A DNA stretch of 64,000 bases, from positions 1,664,001-1,728,000 of the forward strand of contig OZ220732.1 in the NCBI GenBank assembly GCA_965116905.1, given 5' to 3'. The stretch is from Longimicrobiales bacterium (lineage in GTDB: Bacteria > Gemmatimonadota > Gemmatimonadetes > Longimicrobiales > Gaopeijiaceae). A model generated the notes under the pieces. That model ran no database searches, was not told the origin of the DNA, and worked only from the letters and a program-made list of their open reading frames with translations. How positions within the stretch are numbered: the stretch's first letter is position 1; every line of letters begins with the position of its first letter. Positions 18,897 to 28,800 of this stretch are shown piece by piece. A program made the translations under genes and the position numbers.

Positions 18897-20517
18897 TGAC
18901 GGGCGGGCCCGCCGGGTTGTGAGCCGGCCGGGCTTGCGGGCGCGTGGCCCCGCCAGCCGGGCGGGGGCAGCCGCAGCCGCCAGACTCGCTGCCGCAGCTC
19001 TCCTCGCCCTCGCGCACCCGGGCGCCGCCCAACCCGCCCCGCTCCAGGGCCTGGACGACTACGTCACCGCCGCGATGGAGGCGTGGAACGTCCCGGGCCT
19101 GGCGCTGGCCGTGATCGCGGACGGCGAGGTCGTGCACGCGCGCGGCTACGGTGTGCGCGATGTCCGCACTGGCGCGCCCGTCGACGAGAACACGCTCTTC
19201 GCGGTGGGTTCGACGTCGAAGGCCTTCACCTCGGCTGCGCTGGGTTTGCTGGTCGACGAGGGCCGCCTCAGCTGGGACGACCGCGTCATCGACCACATCC
19301 CTTGGTTCGCCATGCACGACGCGTACGCCACCCGCGAGCTCACGCTGCGGGACCTCCTCACGCACCGCAGCGGTCTCGCGCGCGGTGACGCGGTGTGGTC
19401 CCGTTGGCCGCACGACCGCCACGAGATCATTCGCCGCATCCGCTTCCTCGAGCCGACGCGCAGCTTCCGGGGCGCCTGGCAGTATCAGAACCTGATGTTC
19501 CTCACCGCCGGCGAGGTCGTGCGGGTCGCCTCTGGGCAGACCTGGGACGACTTCGTGGACGAACGCATCTTCACGCCCCTGGGCATGGACCGCAGCGTCA
19601 CCTCGGTCACCGAACTCGACCGCCTCGACAACATCGCGACGCCCCATGTGGCCATTGACGGGGCCGCCACGCCCGTCGCCCACAAGAACATTGACAACGT
19701 GGGCCCGGCGGGGTCGATCTACTCCAGCGTGGCGCAGATGGCCCGGTGGGTGAACCTGCACCTGGCCGGTGGCGTCCATGCCGGGGAGCGCCTGTTCAGC
19801 GACAGCGTCATGGCGGAAATGCACCGCCCTCAAATGCTCATCCAGGCGGACGCGCCCGAGAACAGCCTGCACCCGCGCGATGCCCACATGAACTTCAACG
19901 CCTACGGCCTGGCCTGGTGGGTCCTCGACTACCGCGGCCGCAAGGTGGTCGACCACGGCGGCGGCATCGACGGCATGCGCGCGCACGTCGCGTTCATGCC
20001 CGAAGAGGGCCTGGGTATGGTGGCGCTCTCCAATGCCCGTCCCAACAACCTGATCGTGGCACTCATGTACCGCGTGTTCGATCACTTCTTGTCGGAGGTG
20101 GAGGGAGGAGAGGGCGGCGGTGGCGTTTTCAGCGGCCCGGCCGACGCAATGGCTGATTGGAGCGCACTCATGCTTGCGGAATACCGCGAATCCGCCGCGG
20201 CACAGGCCGACGCGCGCAGCCGCCGGGCGGCTGACCGGGCAGTCGCCACCGAGCCCTCACGGCCCCTCACCGAGTACGCCGGGAGCTACGGCCACGAGTA
20301 CTACGGGGCCATCGACGTCGCCCACCAGGATGGCTCGCTGCGCTTCAGCTTCGGGGGCAAGACCACGGGCCGCATGGAGCACTGGCACTACGATGTCTTC
20401 CGCGCGGTCCCGGACAACCCGGCCAACGCCGCAATGTTCTTCACCTTCACCGTGGGCCCGGCGGGCATGGCGGGCGTGCTCGAGGTGGAGGGGTTGGGGG
20501 CCTTTGGGCGGCTTTAG
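18889..20517 (+). CDS. Serine hydrolase (S12 / class C beta-lactamase family) with C-terminal DUF3471-like domain
   Basis: GSTSK, LLTHRSG, YQN, HGGG, EHWHYDVF. Confidence 0.9.
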   Translation: MASDGRARRVVSRPGLRARGPASRAGAAAAARLAAAALLALAHPGAAQPAPLQGLDDYVTAAMEAWNVPGLALAVIADGEVVHARGYGVRDVRTGAPVDENTLFAVGSTSKAFTSAALGLLVDEGRLSWDDRVIDHIPWFAMHDAYATRELTLRDLLTHRSGLARGDAVWSRWPHDRHEIIRRIRFLEPTRSFRGAWQYQNLMFLTAGEVVRVASGQTWDDFVDERIFTPLGMDRSVTSVTELDRLDNIATPHVAIDGAATPVAHKNIDNVGPAGSIYSSVAQMARWVNLHLAGGVHAGERLFSDSVMAEMHRPQMLIQADAPENSLHPRDAHMNFNAYGLAWWVLDYRGRKVVDHGGGIDGMRAHVAFMPEEGLGMVALSNARPNNLIVALMYRVFDHFLSEVEGGEGGGGVFSGPADAMADWSALMLAEYRESAAAQADARSRRAADRAVATEPSRPLTEYAGSYGHEYYGAIDVAHQDGSLRFSFGGKTTGRMEHWHYDVFRAVPDNPANAAMFFTFTVGPAGMAGVLEVEGLGAFGRL

Positions 20518-20604
20518 TCCAGGCGGCGGGCCCGAATCCATGGCCGGTCCCGCTCCGGGCACATGAGGTTTGCACATGTCATATTCCAGGGGAGGGGGGG
20601 GTCC

Positions 20605-21018
20605 GTGAGCAATTCCGACGAACGACGATGGCAGCAGCGGCTCGACACATTCGGCACGGCCCTCGCGCAACTGACGAACGCCTGTGACCGGGAGTGGTAC
20701 GAGTACCTGGAACTGGCCGGACTGATCAAGACGTTCGAGTTCAGCTTCGAGCTGTCCTGGAAGGTGCTCAAGGACCTCCTCTTCTACGAAGGCCATGACG
20801 TGAAGACCCCGCGCACGGTGATCCGCAAGAGCTTCGAGGCAGACTACATCGACGAGAGCGACTGCGAGACCCTGCTTGACGCGCTTGAAAAGCGGAACCT
20901 CTTGAGCCATGCCTATTTGCTCGACGTGGCGCAGGAGGCCGAGACGCTGATCAAGGATCGCTACCACCCGGTCCTGCTGCGACTCCACCGGACTCTGGAC
21001 GCCAGGCGAACGCAGTGA
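20605..21018 (+). CDS. HEPN toxin (HI0074-like nucleotidyltransferase substrate-binding protein)
   Basis: RWQQRL..F..AL, GLIKTFEFSFELSWKVLKD, RNLLSHAY (RX4H); GTG after G-rich RBS. Confidence 0.9.
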   Translation: MSNSDERRWQQRLDTFGTALAQLTNACDREWYEYLELAGLIKTFEFSFELSWKVLKDLLFYEGHDVKTPRTVIRKSFEADYIDESDCETLLDALEKRNLLSHAYLLDVAQEAETLIKDRYHPVLLRLHRTLDARRTQ

Positions 21019-21329
21019 CGGACCCACTGAAGGATGTGCACCGGGAGGCGATCATCGCCGTCATCGCCGCCAACGACCGGGTGGAACGGGCCGTGCTGTT
21101 CGGATCGAGGGCGACCGCGACCAACACCGTGACTTCCGATGTGGACATCGCGCTGTTCGGTGACCGGTTGACCCTGACGGATCAGGCCCATCTCTCCGTG
21201 GCGTTGGAGGAGATTCCGATGGCGCAGACGGTGGATCTCCTGCTGTACGATTCGATACGAGATCGAGCGTTGCGGGAACATATCCGGAACGATGGCGTCG
21301 AGTGGTACCGCCGCCACGAGACCTGCTGA
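21015..21329 (+). CDS. Minimal nucleotidyltransferase (MNT, HI0073-like) antitoxin
   Basis: LFGSRA...SDVDIAL (GSX10DXD), VDLL, LREHI..DG; GTGA overlap with HEPN gene. Confidence 0.9.
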   Translation: MTDPLKDVHREAIIAVIAANDRVERAVLFGSRATATNTVTSDVDIALFGDRLTLTDQAHLSVALEEIPMAQTVDLLLYDSIRDRALREHIRNDGVEWYRRHETC

Positions 21330-21458
21330 CCGGCGACAACGGTGGTCAGGTCGCAGGGATGCCCGGCGTCCTCAGCATCACCTTGCTGCCCCCACGAGGG
21401 CCCAACACTTTTGCGCTTCATCGCATCATGAAATCCGTGCTCGGAAGGCCGACCACTC

Positions 21459-22679
21459 ATGGCTGACAGCCGCATGAACACCCGCTCGCGCGCCCTGCCG
21501 ACACTCGCGGGACCAATCTGCGCGGCCCTTGTCCTCCTCACACCCGCGTGCGACCCGGGCGACGCTGGCCGGGAAGCGATCCAGACCGTACTGGAGGTCA
21601 CGGACTCGGGAGGCGTGAGGACGGTCCACCTGGGAAGCCTTGATGAGCTGTCGGCTACCCGGATCCCCCCAAACCTCGTGGCTTCCACGCGGGAGCAAGG
21701 CATCGAACTGTTCAACGCCACGATGGCGCTCTTCCTCGATGGCGGCGGCCTGGCGTTGGGCAACGCCGGGTCAATGGAAGTGCTGCTCCTGGCCGGTGAC
21801 GGGTCATTGGCCACACGGGTCGGGGGGCAGGGTGAGGGCCCGGGCGAGTTCACGGAGGTGACTTCCCTGATCAAGACGCCCGCCGGTTTTCTGGTGTACG
21901 ATTCCCGGCTTGGACGCATCAGCGAGTTTACTGAAGCGGGGGACTTCGTCACTTCCGGGGCGCTGTCCAGCGGGAGCCGTGTTGCCGACCTGAAACCGTT
22001 GGCACAATCGACCGGCGGAGAGATGCTGGCCATCCTGGGCGAATTGCGCCTCTTCTCCGACCGCAACGAGGTCAGGAGGGACATTACGCCGCTGCTGGTT
22101 TTCCGGGACAGCGAAGCCGCGCCCGACACCCTGGCGCTTCTTCCCGCGAAGGAATGGAGCTACTCGGTGACTGAAGTCATGTCCTTCCGCAACGAAATGG
22201 CGTTCGGTCGGGACGCTGTCGCGTTCGGTTTCGGGGACCGGGCCATTATCGGCGATACCGACTCGCTCGATCTCTCGGTCCGTCTTGCCGATGGGCGAGT
22301 GACGCGGCGGATCCGGGGCAGCGCTGGCGAGCGCAGGGTCAGCGCAGACGAGATGCGAGCATGGAGGGATGGAGAGTTGGCCGAGCTGGGTTCGGACCCG
22401 CCAGAGCCGTTCGTCAGGGCCATCGAGGGGATCCACGCGGAGACGTACCCGGCCTTCGCCGCCGCAGTGCTGGGTCCGGATGAACTGGTATGGATCGGCC
22501 TGCAGAGTCGCTGGGGTGATGAAGCGAGGACGTGGCTGATCGTGAAGCCGGATGGACAGTTGCAGGGCAGCATCCAGCTGCCCGCAGACGCGATGGTTCT
22601 GGCTGTCGATGCGCAGCGCTTCGCCGTGCAGCAGCGCGATGCCCTCGATGTGGAGGACATCCAGGTCTATACGTACTAA
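21459..22679 (+). CDS. 6-bladed beta-propeller lipoprotein
   Basis: Lipobox-like TPAC; GGQGEGPGEF, YPAF...GPD..VW, RDALDVEDIQVY C-terminus. Confidence 0.7.
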   Translation: MADSRMNTRSRALPTLAGPICAALVLLTPACDPGDAGREAIQTVLEVTDSGGVRTVHLGSLDELSATRIPPNLVASTREQGIELFNATMALFLDGGGLALGNAGSMEVLLLAGDGSLATRVGGQGEGPGEFTEVTSLIKTPAGFLVYDSRLGRISEFTEAGDFVTSGALSSGSRVADLKPLAQSTGGEMLAILGELRLFSDRNEVRRDITPLLVFRDSEAAPDTLALLPAKEWSYSVTEVMSFRNEMAFGRDAVAFGFGDRAIIGDTDSLDLSVRLADGRVTRRIRGSAGERRVSADEMRAWRDGELAELGSDPPEPFVRAIEGIHAETYPAFAAAVLGPDELVWIGLQSRWGDEARTWLIVKPDGQLQGSIQLPADAMVLAVDAQRFAVQQRDALDVEDIQVYTY

Positions 22680-22827
22680 TGACCAGACGCCAAGTAAGAC
22701 CTACGGGAGCATCGCATTGAACGGCCAACCATCCGACCCTAACGTTACGTCAGGGTTAGCGGTAAAGAACTGCCGAACCGAGGGTCGATGGTGGGCTTGG
22801 CGCGTCGCCCGTCGCCTCTCGGAAAGA

Positions 22828-24447
22828 ATGTCGCGCTGGCGGCCCTCGCCTTGCCTGCTCTGTCTCTGCTTCGCAACCACCGCCGGCAGCGTCAGCGCAC
22901 AGGAAACGCAAGCGCCCGCACAGGCCCCGCCCCCCGACCCCCTCTCCGGCTTCGCCACCTACATCACCGAGTCCCTGCCCGACTGGGACCTCCCCGGTCT
23001 GGCAGTCGCCGTCGTCCACGAGGGCGAGGTCGTCTTCGCACAGGGCTTCGGCGTCAAGCAGGTGGGCCGCAACGATCCGGTCGATGCGCGTACCCTCTTC
23101 CAGATCGGCTCCGTAACCAAGTCCTTCGCTGCAGCCGCCATCGGCGCCATGGTCGACGAGGGGCTGGCCGCGTGGGATGACCCCGTAGTCGAGCACCTCC
23201 CCTGGTTCCGCGTGAAGGACCCCTGGATTACGCGTGAGATCACCCTGCGCGACCTGCTGTCGCACCAGTCCGGCATGCCCGGGGCCGCGTACCCGGTGCT
23301 GGCCGTCGTGGACGCGCGCGAGACCGCCGAGGGCCTTCGCCTGCTCGACAACCAGGGCCCACTCCGGCAGGGCTACCGGTACAGCAACCAGGCCTATGGC
23401 GTGGCCGGACTCGTGGTAGAGGCGGCCGCGGGCATGAGCTGGGGCGCGTGGGTGCGCGAGCGGCTGCTGGCGCCGCTGGAGATGCGGAACACCGGGACCA
23501 GTCCATATGACGTGTGGGACTCCGCATACGTCGCGCCGACCTTCCTCGGGAGCGCGTCCGCCGGGATCCCCGGCATCGACGATGCGCCGGGTCTCAACGT
23601 CGCCATGCCCCACGGGGTGGACCGCGACGGCAATCGACGGGTCCTGTCGTGGCAGTCCTACGACAACATGCAGGCGGCCGGCAGCGTCGTGTCCAACGTC
23701 GTCGACATGGCGAACTGGGTCCGGATGCAGCTCGACCACGGGCGGTTCGACGGTGTCGCCGTGCTGGATTCCGCGACGGTGTCGGAAATGCACGTGCCGC
23801 TGGTTCGCACGCCGTCCACATTCGTCTTCGCCGACCCCGGGACCGGCGCCTACGGGCTGGGATGGGGGCGCGCGGGCTTCCTCGGGCACACTTACCTCTC
23901 CCACGGCGGGGGCATCTTTGGGTTCCCGGCGTACGCGGCGATGCTGCCGGAGCTGCGGGCCGGAGTCGTCGTCCTGGCCAACGGCAGCATGTGGACGCCC
24001 TACTACCCCCACCAGGAGATCGCGGCCTGGGTTTTCGCGCGTCTGCTGGGGGTCGAGGGAAGGGACTGGCACGGCGAGGTCATGGCGCGTACCGAGGCGA
24101 TCCACGCCCAGGTGGATGCGGCGCTGGAGGCCCGGGCGACAGGCCGCATCGATGGGACACGGCCATCGCTCCCGCTGACCGCGTACGCGGGACGCTACGT
24201 GGACGAATACGGTGCCGCGACGGCGCATGTGGTCCACGGCGACACCGGCCTGCGCGTGCACTTCGGAGCACCGGGCTCATTCTCGGGCGACATGGAGCAC
24301 TGGCATCACGACGTATTCCAGCTCCACTACGACGGCGGGGACGGCCAGGCGTACGGAAGTTCCTTCGTGACCTTCACGATCGGTCCGGACGGGGGCGTGG
24401 CGCAGATGGACATGGGGTTCATGGGACGGTACCGGAGGGCGCGGTGA
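22828..24447 (+). CDS. Serine hydrolase (S12 family) with DUF3471-like domain, paralog of 18889..20517
   Basis: Signal peptide from ATG 22828; GSVTK, LLSHQSG, YSN, HGGG, EHWHHDVF. Confidence 0.9.
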   Translation: MSRWRPSPCLLCLCFATTAGSVSAQETQAPAQAPPPDPLSGFATYITESLPDWDLPGLAVAVVHEGEVVFAQGFGVKQVGRNDPVDARTLFQIGSVTKSFAAAAIGAMVDEGLAAWDDPVVEHLPWFRVKDPWITREITLRDLLSHQSGMPGAAYPVLAVVDARETAEGLRLLDNQGPLRQGYRYSNQAYGVAGLVVEAAAGMSWGAWVRERLLAPLEMRNTGTSPYDVWDSAYVAPTFLGSASAGIPGIDDAPGLNVAMPHGVDRDGNRRVLSWQSYDNMQAAGSVVSNVVDMANWVRMQLDHGRFDGVAVLDSATVSEMHVPLVRTPSTFVFADPGTGAYGLGWGRAGFLGHTYLSHGGGIFGFPAYAAMLPELRAGVVVLANGSMWTPYYPHQEIAAWVFARLLGVEGRDWHGEVMARTEAIHAQVDAALEARATGRIDGTRPSLPLTAYAGRYVDEYGAATAHVVHGDTGLRVHFGAPGSFSGDMEHWHHDVFQLHYDGGDGQAYGSSFVTFTIGPDGGVAQMDMGFMGRYRRAR

Positions 24448-24510
24448 GTCACCGGAGGATTTGGTGAGGCGCCGGAGGATGCGGTGAGCCGCCGGAGGAT
24501 GCGATGGGCC
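24431..24510 (+). repeat. Four 20-nt tandem copies spanning the upstream stop codon and the downstream start codon
   Basis: ACCGGAGGGCGCGGTGAGTC / ACCGGAGGATTTGGTGAGGC / GCCGGAGGATGCGGTGAGCC / GCCGGAGGATGCGATGGGCC. Confidence 0.9.
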
Positions 24511-25577
24511 GGGTAACCCGCCGCCTGCCAGGGATTGCCAGCGCCCCCGGCGTCCTGGCCCTGGCCCTGCTGTGGGCCTGCGGCGGTGGAGGCGGCCAGA
24601 TGACCACGCCGACCGACACGCCCACACCGGTTGCTCCGCCTGCGCGACCCGTGCCGTGCACGTTCGCGAATTCGACGTGTGCGGAGCGAGTCGAGATCGG
24701 AAGCGGGCTCTACCTGCCGGTATTCAGCACGCATCTCCTGTCCGAGGGGCATGAAGGGGTGACGAGGGCGCTCGTCGTCGTGCACGGCAACAACCGCAAC
24801 GCGGACACCTACTTCGAGAGCGGCTTCATGGCGGCCGCCGAGGCCGGTTTCGGGCCCACCACCGTGGTCGTCTCACCGCATTTTCAGACGGATGATGACG
24901 GTCCGGAGTCGGACGAGCCGTTCTGGTCCAGCCCGGGATGGAAGCGCGGGAACCTGTCCCGGCCCGAGGGCCCGACGCCCCGTGTCAGCTCGTATGCAGC
25001 GCTGGAAACGGTCGTCGAGCAGCTGCTGGACGCGAATCGCTTCCCGGCGGTGCGGGAGGTGACGGTCACGGGACACTCGGCCGGGGGGCAGGTACTCCAC
25101 CGCTTTGCCGCATCAAGCCTCGTGGAGGAGGGCGCGCGCGATGGCGTGACCTTCCGCTACGTGGTAGCGAATCCGTCGACCTACCTCTACCTGGGCCCTC
25201 AGCGGCTGGACGCGAACGGCGGGTTCACCGTCCCCGGCGGCCGATGCGAAGACTACGACGAGTGGCACTACGGCTTGCAGGACCGCAACACCTACGCCAC
25301 ACGCCTCGAAGCCGACACCATTCGCGCGCTGCTGACCCGCCGGGACGTGCGCATCCTGGTCGGTGACGCGGACACGCTCAGCGCGTCGCTCGATGTGAGC
25401 TGCGGAGCCAACCTGCAGGGCCCGAACCGCTATCTGCGCGGCCTGACCCTCGTGCGCTTCATGGATGCCCTGTACGAAGACAACGCCCACGTGCAGATGG
25501 TCGTGCCGGGCGTGGGTCACTCCAGCCGGTCGATGTGGCTCTCGGAGGTGGGAAAGAACGCGCTTTTCGGCAGCTGA
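24504..25577 (+). CDS. Lipoprotein alpha/beta hydrolase
   Basis: Lipobox LWAC; VVVHG, GHSAGGQ, VVANPSTYLY, VPGVGHS. Confidence 0.82.
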   Translation: MGRVTRRLPGIASAPGVLALALLWACGGGGGQMTTPTDTPTPVAPPARPVPCTFANSTCAERVEIGSGLYLPVFSTHLLSEGHEGVTRALVVVHGNNRNADTYFESGFMAAAEAGFGPTTVVVSPHFQTDDDGPESDEPFWSSPGWKRGNLSRPEGPTPRVSSYAALETVVEQLLDANRFPAVREVTVTGHSAGGQVLHRFAASSLVEEGARDGVTFRYVVANPSTYLYLGPQRLDANGGFTVPGGRCEDYDEWHYGLQDRNTYATRLEADTIRALLTRRDVRILVGDADTLSASLDVSCGANLQGPNRYLRGLTLVRFMDALYEDNAHVQMVVPGVGHSSRSMWLSEVGKNALFGS

Positions 25578-25803
25578 GGCCGGCGCCATTCCCTGCGGTC
25601 GCCACCGCCCCGCGAGCGTGTCCGCGCCCCCAGCCGTGGAACCGCTGAACGCGCCCCGTGTAGACACCCGGCGGATTTCTCCGAGATTAGATAATACGGG
25701 TGAGGTCGGTAGCCGCATCCGATGAGCGGGCGCGCGCAGCCCGGCCTCGACAACCCGGGACCCCGCTCGCGGTGCCTCCCGGGTTTTCCAAAGGGTGTGC
25801 CAA

Positions 25804-28800
25804 ATGCGTGTATGGATGCCTTGGGTTGCGGCGGGTGTGGTCCTTCTTTCCCCAACCAGCGCGCAAGCGCAGCAGGCGCCCTTTGAGGATGGGGATGGTG
25901 AGAGGGTGGCGGGTGTGGAGGGGGGGCGACTCGGGAACGTTGCCGGGCGTGCCGGATCCGCCCGCGTGGCGAGCGTTAGGTCGATCACCACGGACGAGGA
26001 CCTCCCGGCGAACGGTAAGTTCACGGTCACGGTCCGGTTCTCGGGGAATGTCACCGGCTTCGATCTCGATGAGGTCGAAGTCACTCCCAATGGTTCGGTT
26101 TCGAATCTGCACGAAGTGAGCGCCGATGAGTACGACTTCGACGTCACACCCGATGACGACTACGACGGGCCCCTGACGGTCAGGATCAAGACCAACGCCG
26201 TGAACGAGGGCAACGCCGCGTACAGCGAGACCTTCGAAGTCGACACGATCGAGCCGGAGCTGGAGGATGCCACCGTGGACGGCGACGAACTCATCCTGAC
26301 CTACGACGAGCCCCTCGACGAGGACTCGGAACCGGGCACGGGGCGCTTCATCGTCCATGTAGGTACCGCCGATCACTTCCCCGACCGAGTCAGGGTCAGA
26401 GGCGACGAGGTGATCTTGACGCTTGACAATCCGGTCGACCGAGGCGACCGAGTACGGATTGACTACGAATATGGCTCGGGCGGACGCATCCAGGACATCG
26501 CGGGCAACGAGGCTGACGAACTCACCAACGAAAGCGTCACCAACAACACCACGGCCAGCAACCGCTATCCCAGCGCCCCCCGTGACCTCAGGGCCACCGC
26601 CGATGGGCAAACCGTCATCGAACTTGATTGGCGGGCGCCGGTCAGTGCGGGTACCGGCGGCACAATCATCGGTTATCGCATCGAGGAGTCGCGGGATGGG
26701 GGGACCTCGTGGAGGACGTTGGAGAGCGATACGGGGGATGACGACACGGACTACAGGCACACTGGTCTCTCGAAGGGTACAACCCGGCACTACCGCGTAT
26801 CAGCGTGGAACGACGAGGGCAGGGGGCCGGTATCCAACGAGGCCTCCGCGACCACGGACTCCGACGTGCCTGGTGCGCCCACGGGATTGACCGCAACCGC
26901 AAACGGACAAGACCGAATCGACCTCTCCTGGACGGCCCCGACCAACGAGGGTGATGGGATTACCGGTTATCGGATCGAAGCGCGGGAAGGCACAGGTGGT
27001 TCTTGGGACGACCATGTCGCCAACACGGGCCCGACGCAGACCACCTACTCCCACCGCAACCTCGATGCGGGCAGCAGGTGGTACTACCGCGTTTTAGCGA
27101 TCAGCTCAGCGGGTGACGGCCCCACATCCAACGTGGCCAACGCCACCACCGACATCGGCAGGCCGGGCCGGCCCCTGGCCCTCTCGGCGACCGCAGTGGG
27201 GCAGAACCGCATCCGGCTCGCGTGGTCGCCGCCAACCGACGACGGCGGTGCTTCGATTACGAGTTACCGGATCGAGGTTTCGCGGACGGGCACATCCGGT
27301 TGGCTCCTGGTGACCGCCAACCACCGGACGACGACCTACACGCACACGGGTCTCAGCCCCGGTAGCCGGCGTTTCTACCGGGTCGCGGCGGTCAACTCCC
27401 AGGGGGCGGGTCCGTTCTCGAGGGTCGCGAACGCCACCACCGCAGCCACGGTACCGAGTGCGCCGAGCAATCTGGTGGCCACCGCGCACGGCCGGACGCA
27501 GATCAACCTCTCGTGGCGAACTCCCATATCCAATGGCGGGGCGGATATATCCGGCTACCGAATCGAGGTTTCCTCGAACGGCGGAAACACCTGGACGACC
27601 CGCGTGGCCAACACGGGTAACAGTCTGACCAGGTACGAGCACAAGGGACTGAGCCCGGCCAGCACCCGGCACTATCGCGTCTACGCGATCAACTCGGCGG
27701 GCACGGGCCCGGCCTCGAATGTCGCCAACGCCACGACCGACGCCACCGTGCCCGGCGCGCCCCAGCGTCTCACCGCCACCGCCAACGGACAAAGCCGGAT
27801 CGACCTCACCTGGCAGGCGCCGACCAGCGATGGCGGTGCCGAGATCACCGGCTACCGGATCGAGTCCTCAAGCAACAAGACGAGCTGGAGGACGCTGCGC
27901 AGCAACCATCAGGGGACCTCGTTCTCCAACGTCGGCCTGGCCCCCGCCACGACCCGGCACTACCGGGTCTCCGCGGTCAACGTCGCCGGCACGGGCCCGC
28001 CTTCGAACATCGCGACCGCCACAACCGACGCGACCGTCCCGGGTCCGCCCACCGCGCTGTCGGCCACGGCTGACGGCACGTCGAAGATCGACCTGTCCTG
28101 GACCGCGCCGAGCTACGACGGGGGTGCGGCGCTGACGGGGTATCGCATCCAATCCGCGCCGAGCGGCAATGGGCCGTGGACCGATCTCGAGGCCAACACC
28201 GGCTCTACCGCGACCACGCATTCCGACACCGGCCTGGCGCCGGCGACCACCCGCTACTACCGGGTCTTCGCGATCAACTCCGTGGGCAGCGGAAGATCTT
28301 CCGGCGTCGTCCGGGCCACGACCGACGCCACCGTACCGGACGCGCCCACCGGCCTGGCCGCGACGGATGTCAGTCCGACGCAGATCGACCTTACGTGGAC
28401 CGCTCCCGGCTACAATGGCGGTGCACCCATCACCAGCTACAAGGTCGAGGTCTCGGCGGACGCCGGCAGCACCTGGGGCGTTCTCGTGCCCTCCACGGCC
28501 GCGACGGGCACCTCGTATTCACACATCGGACTGGAGCCGGGCAGCACGCGCCACTATCGGGTCTCGGCGACCAACGTCGCCGGGACGGGCTTGCCCTCCA
28601 ACGTCGCCAGCGCCAGCACGGACGATCCCGTGCAACGGGCCGGACGGGTCAACGCCGAGGTGTTGCCCCACGCGGTCGCGGCGTTGACGTCGAGCACGGT
28701 TTCGGCGATCAGCGGACGGATCGAGGCGGTGGCCGCGGGCGTTCCGTATGGACGGCAAGCGACCATGGGCCTGCTGGCTTCCGGGTTGAACGGGGCCGCC

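Noticed and set aside
22735..22761. Integron attC site (..CTAAC...GTTAG..)
   Set aside because: Too short, does not fit RYYYAAC/GTTRRRY, no second copy and no intI.
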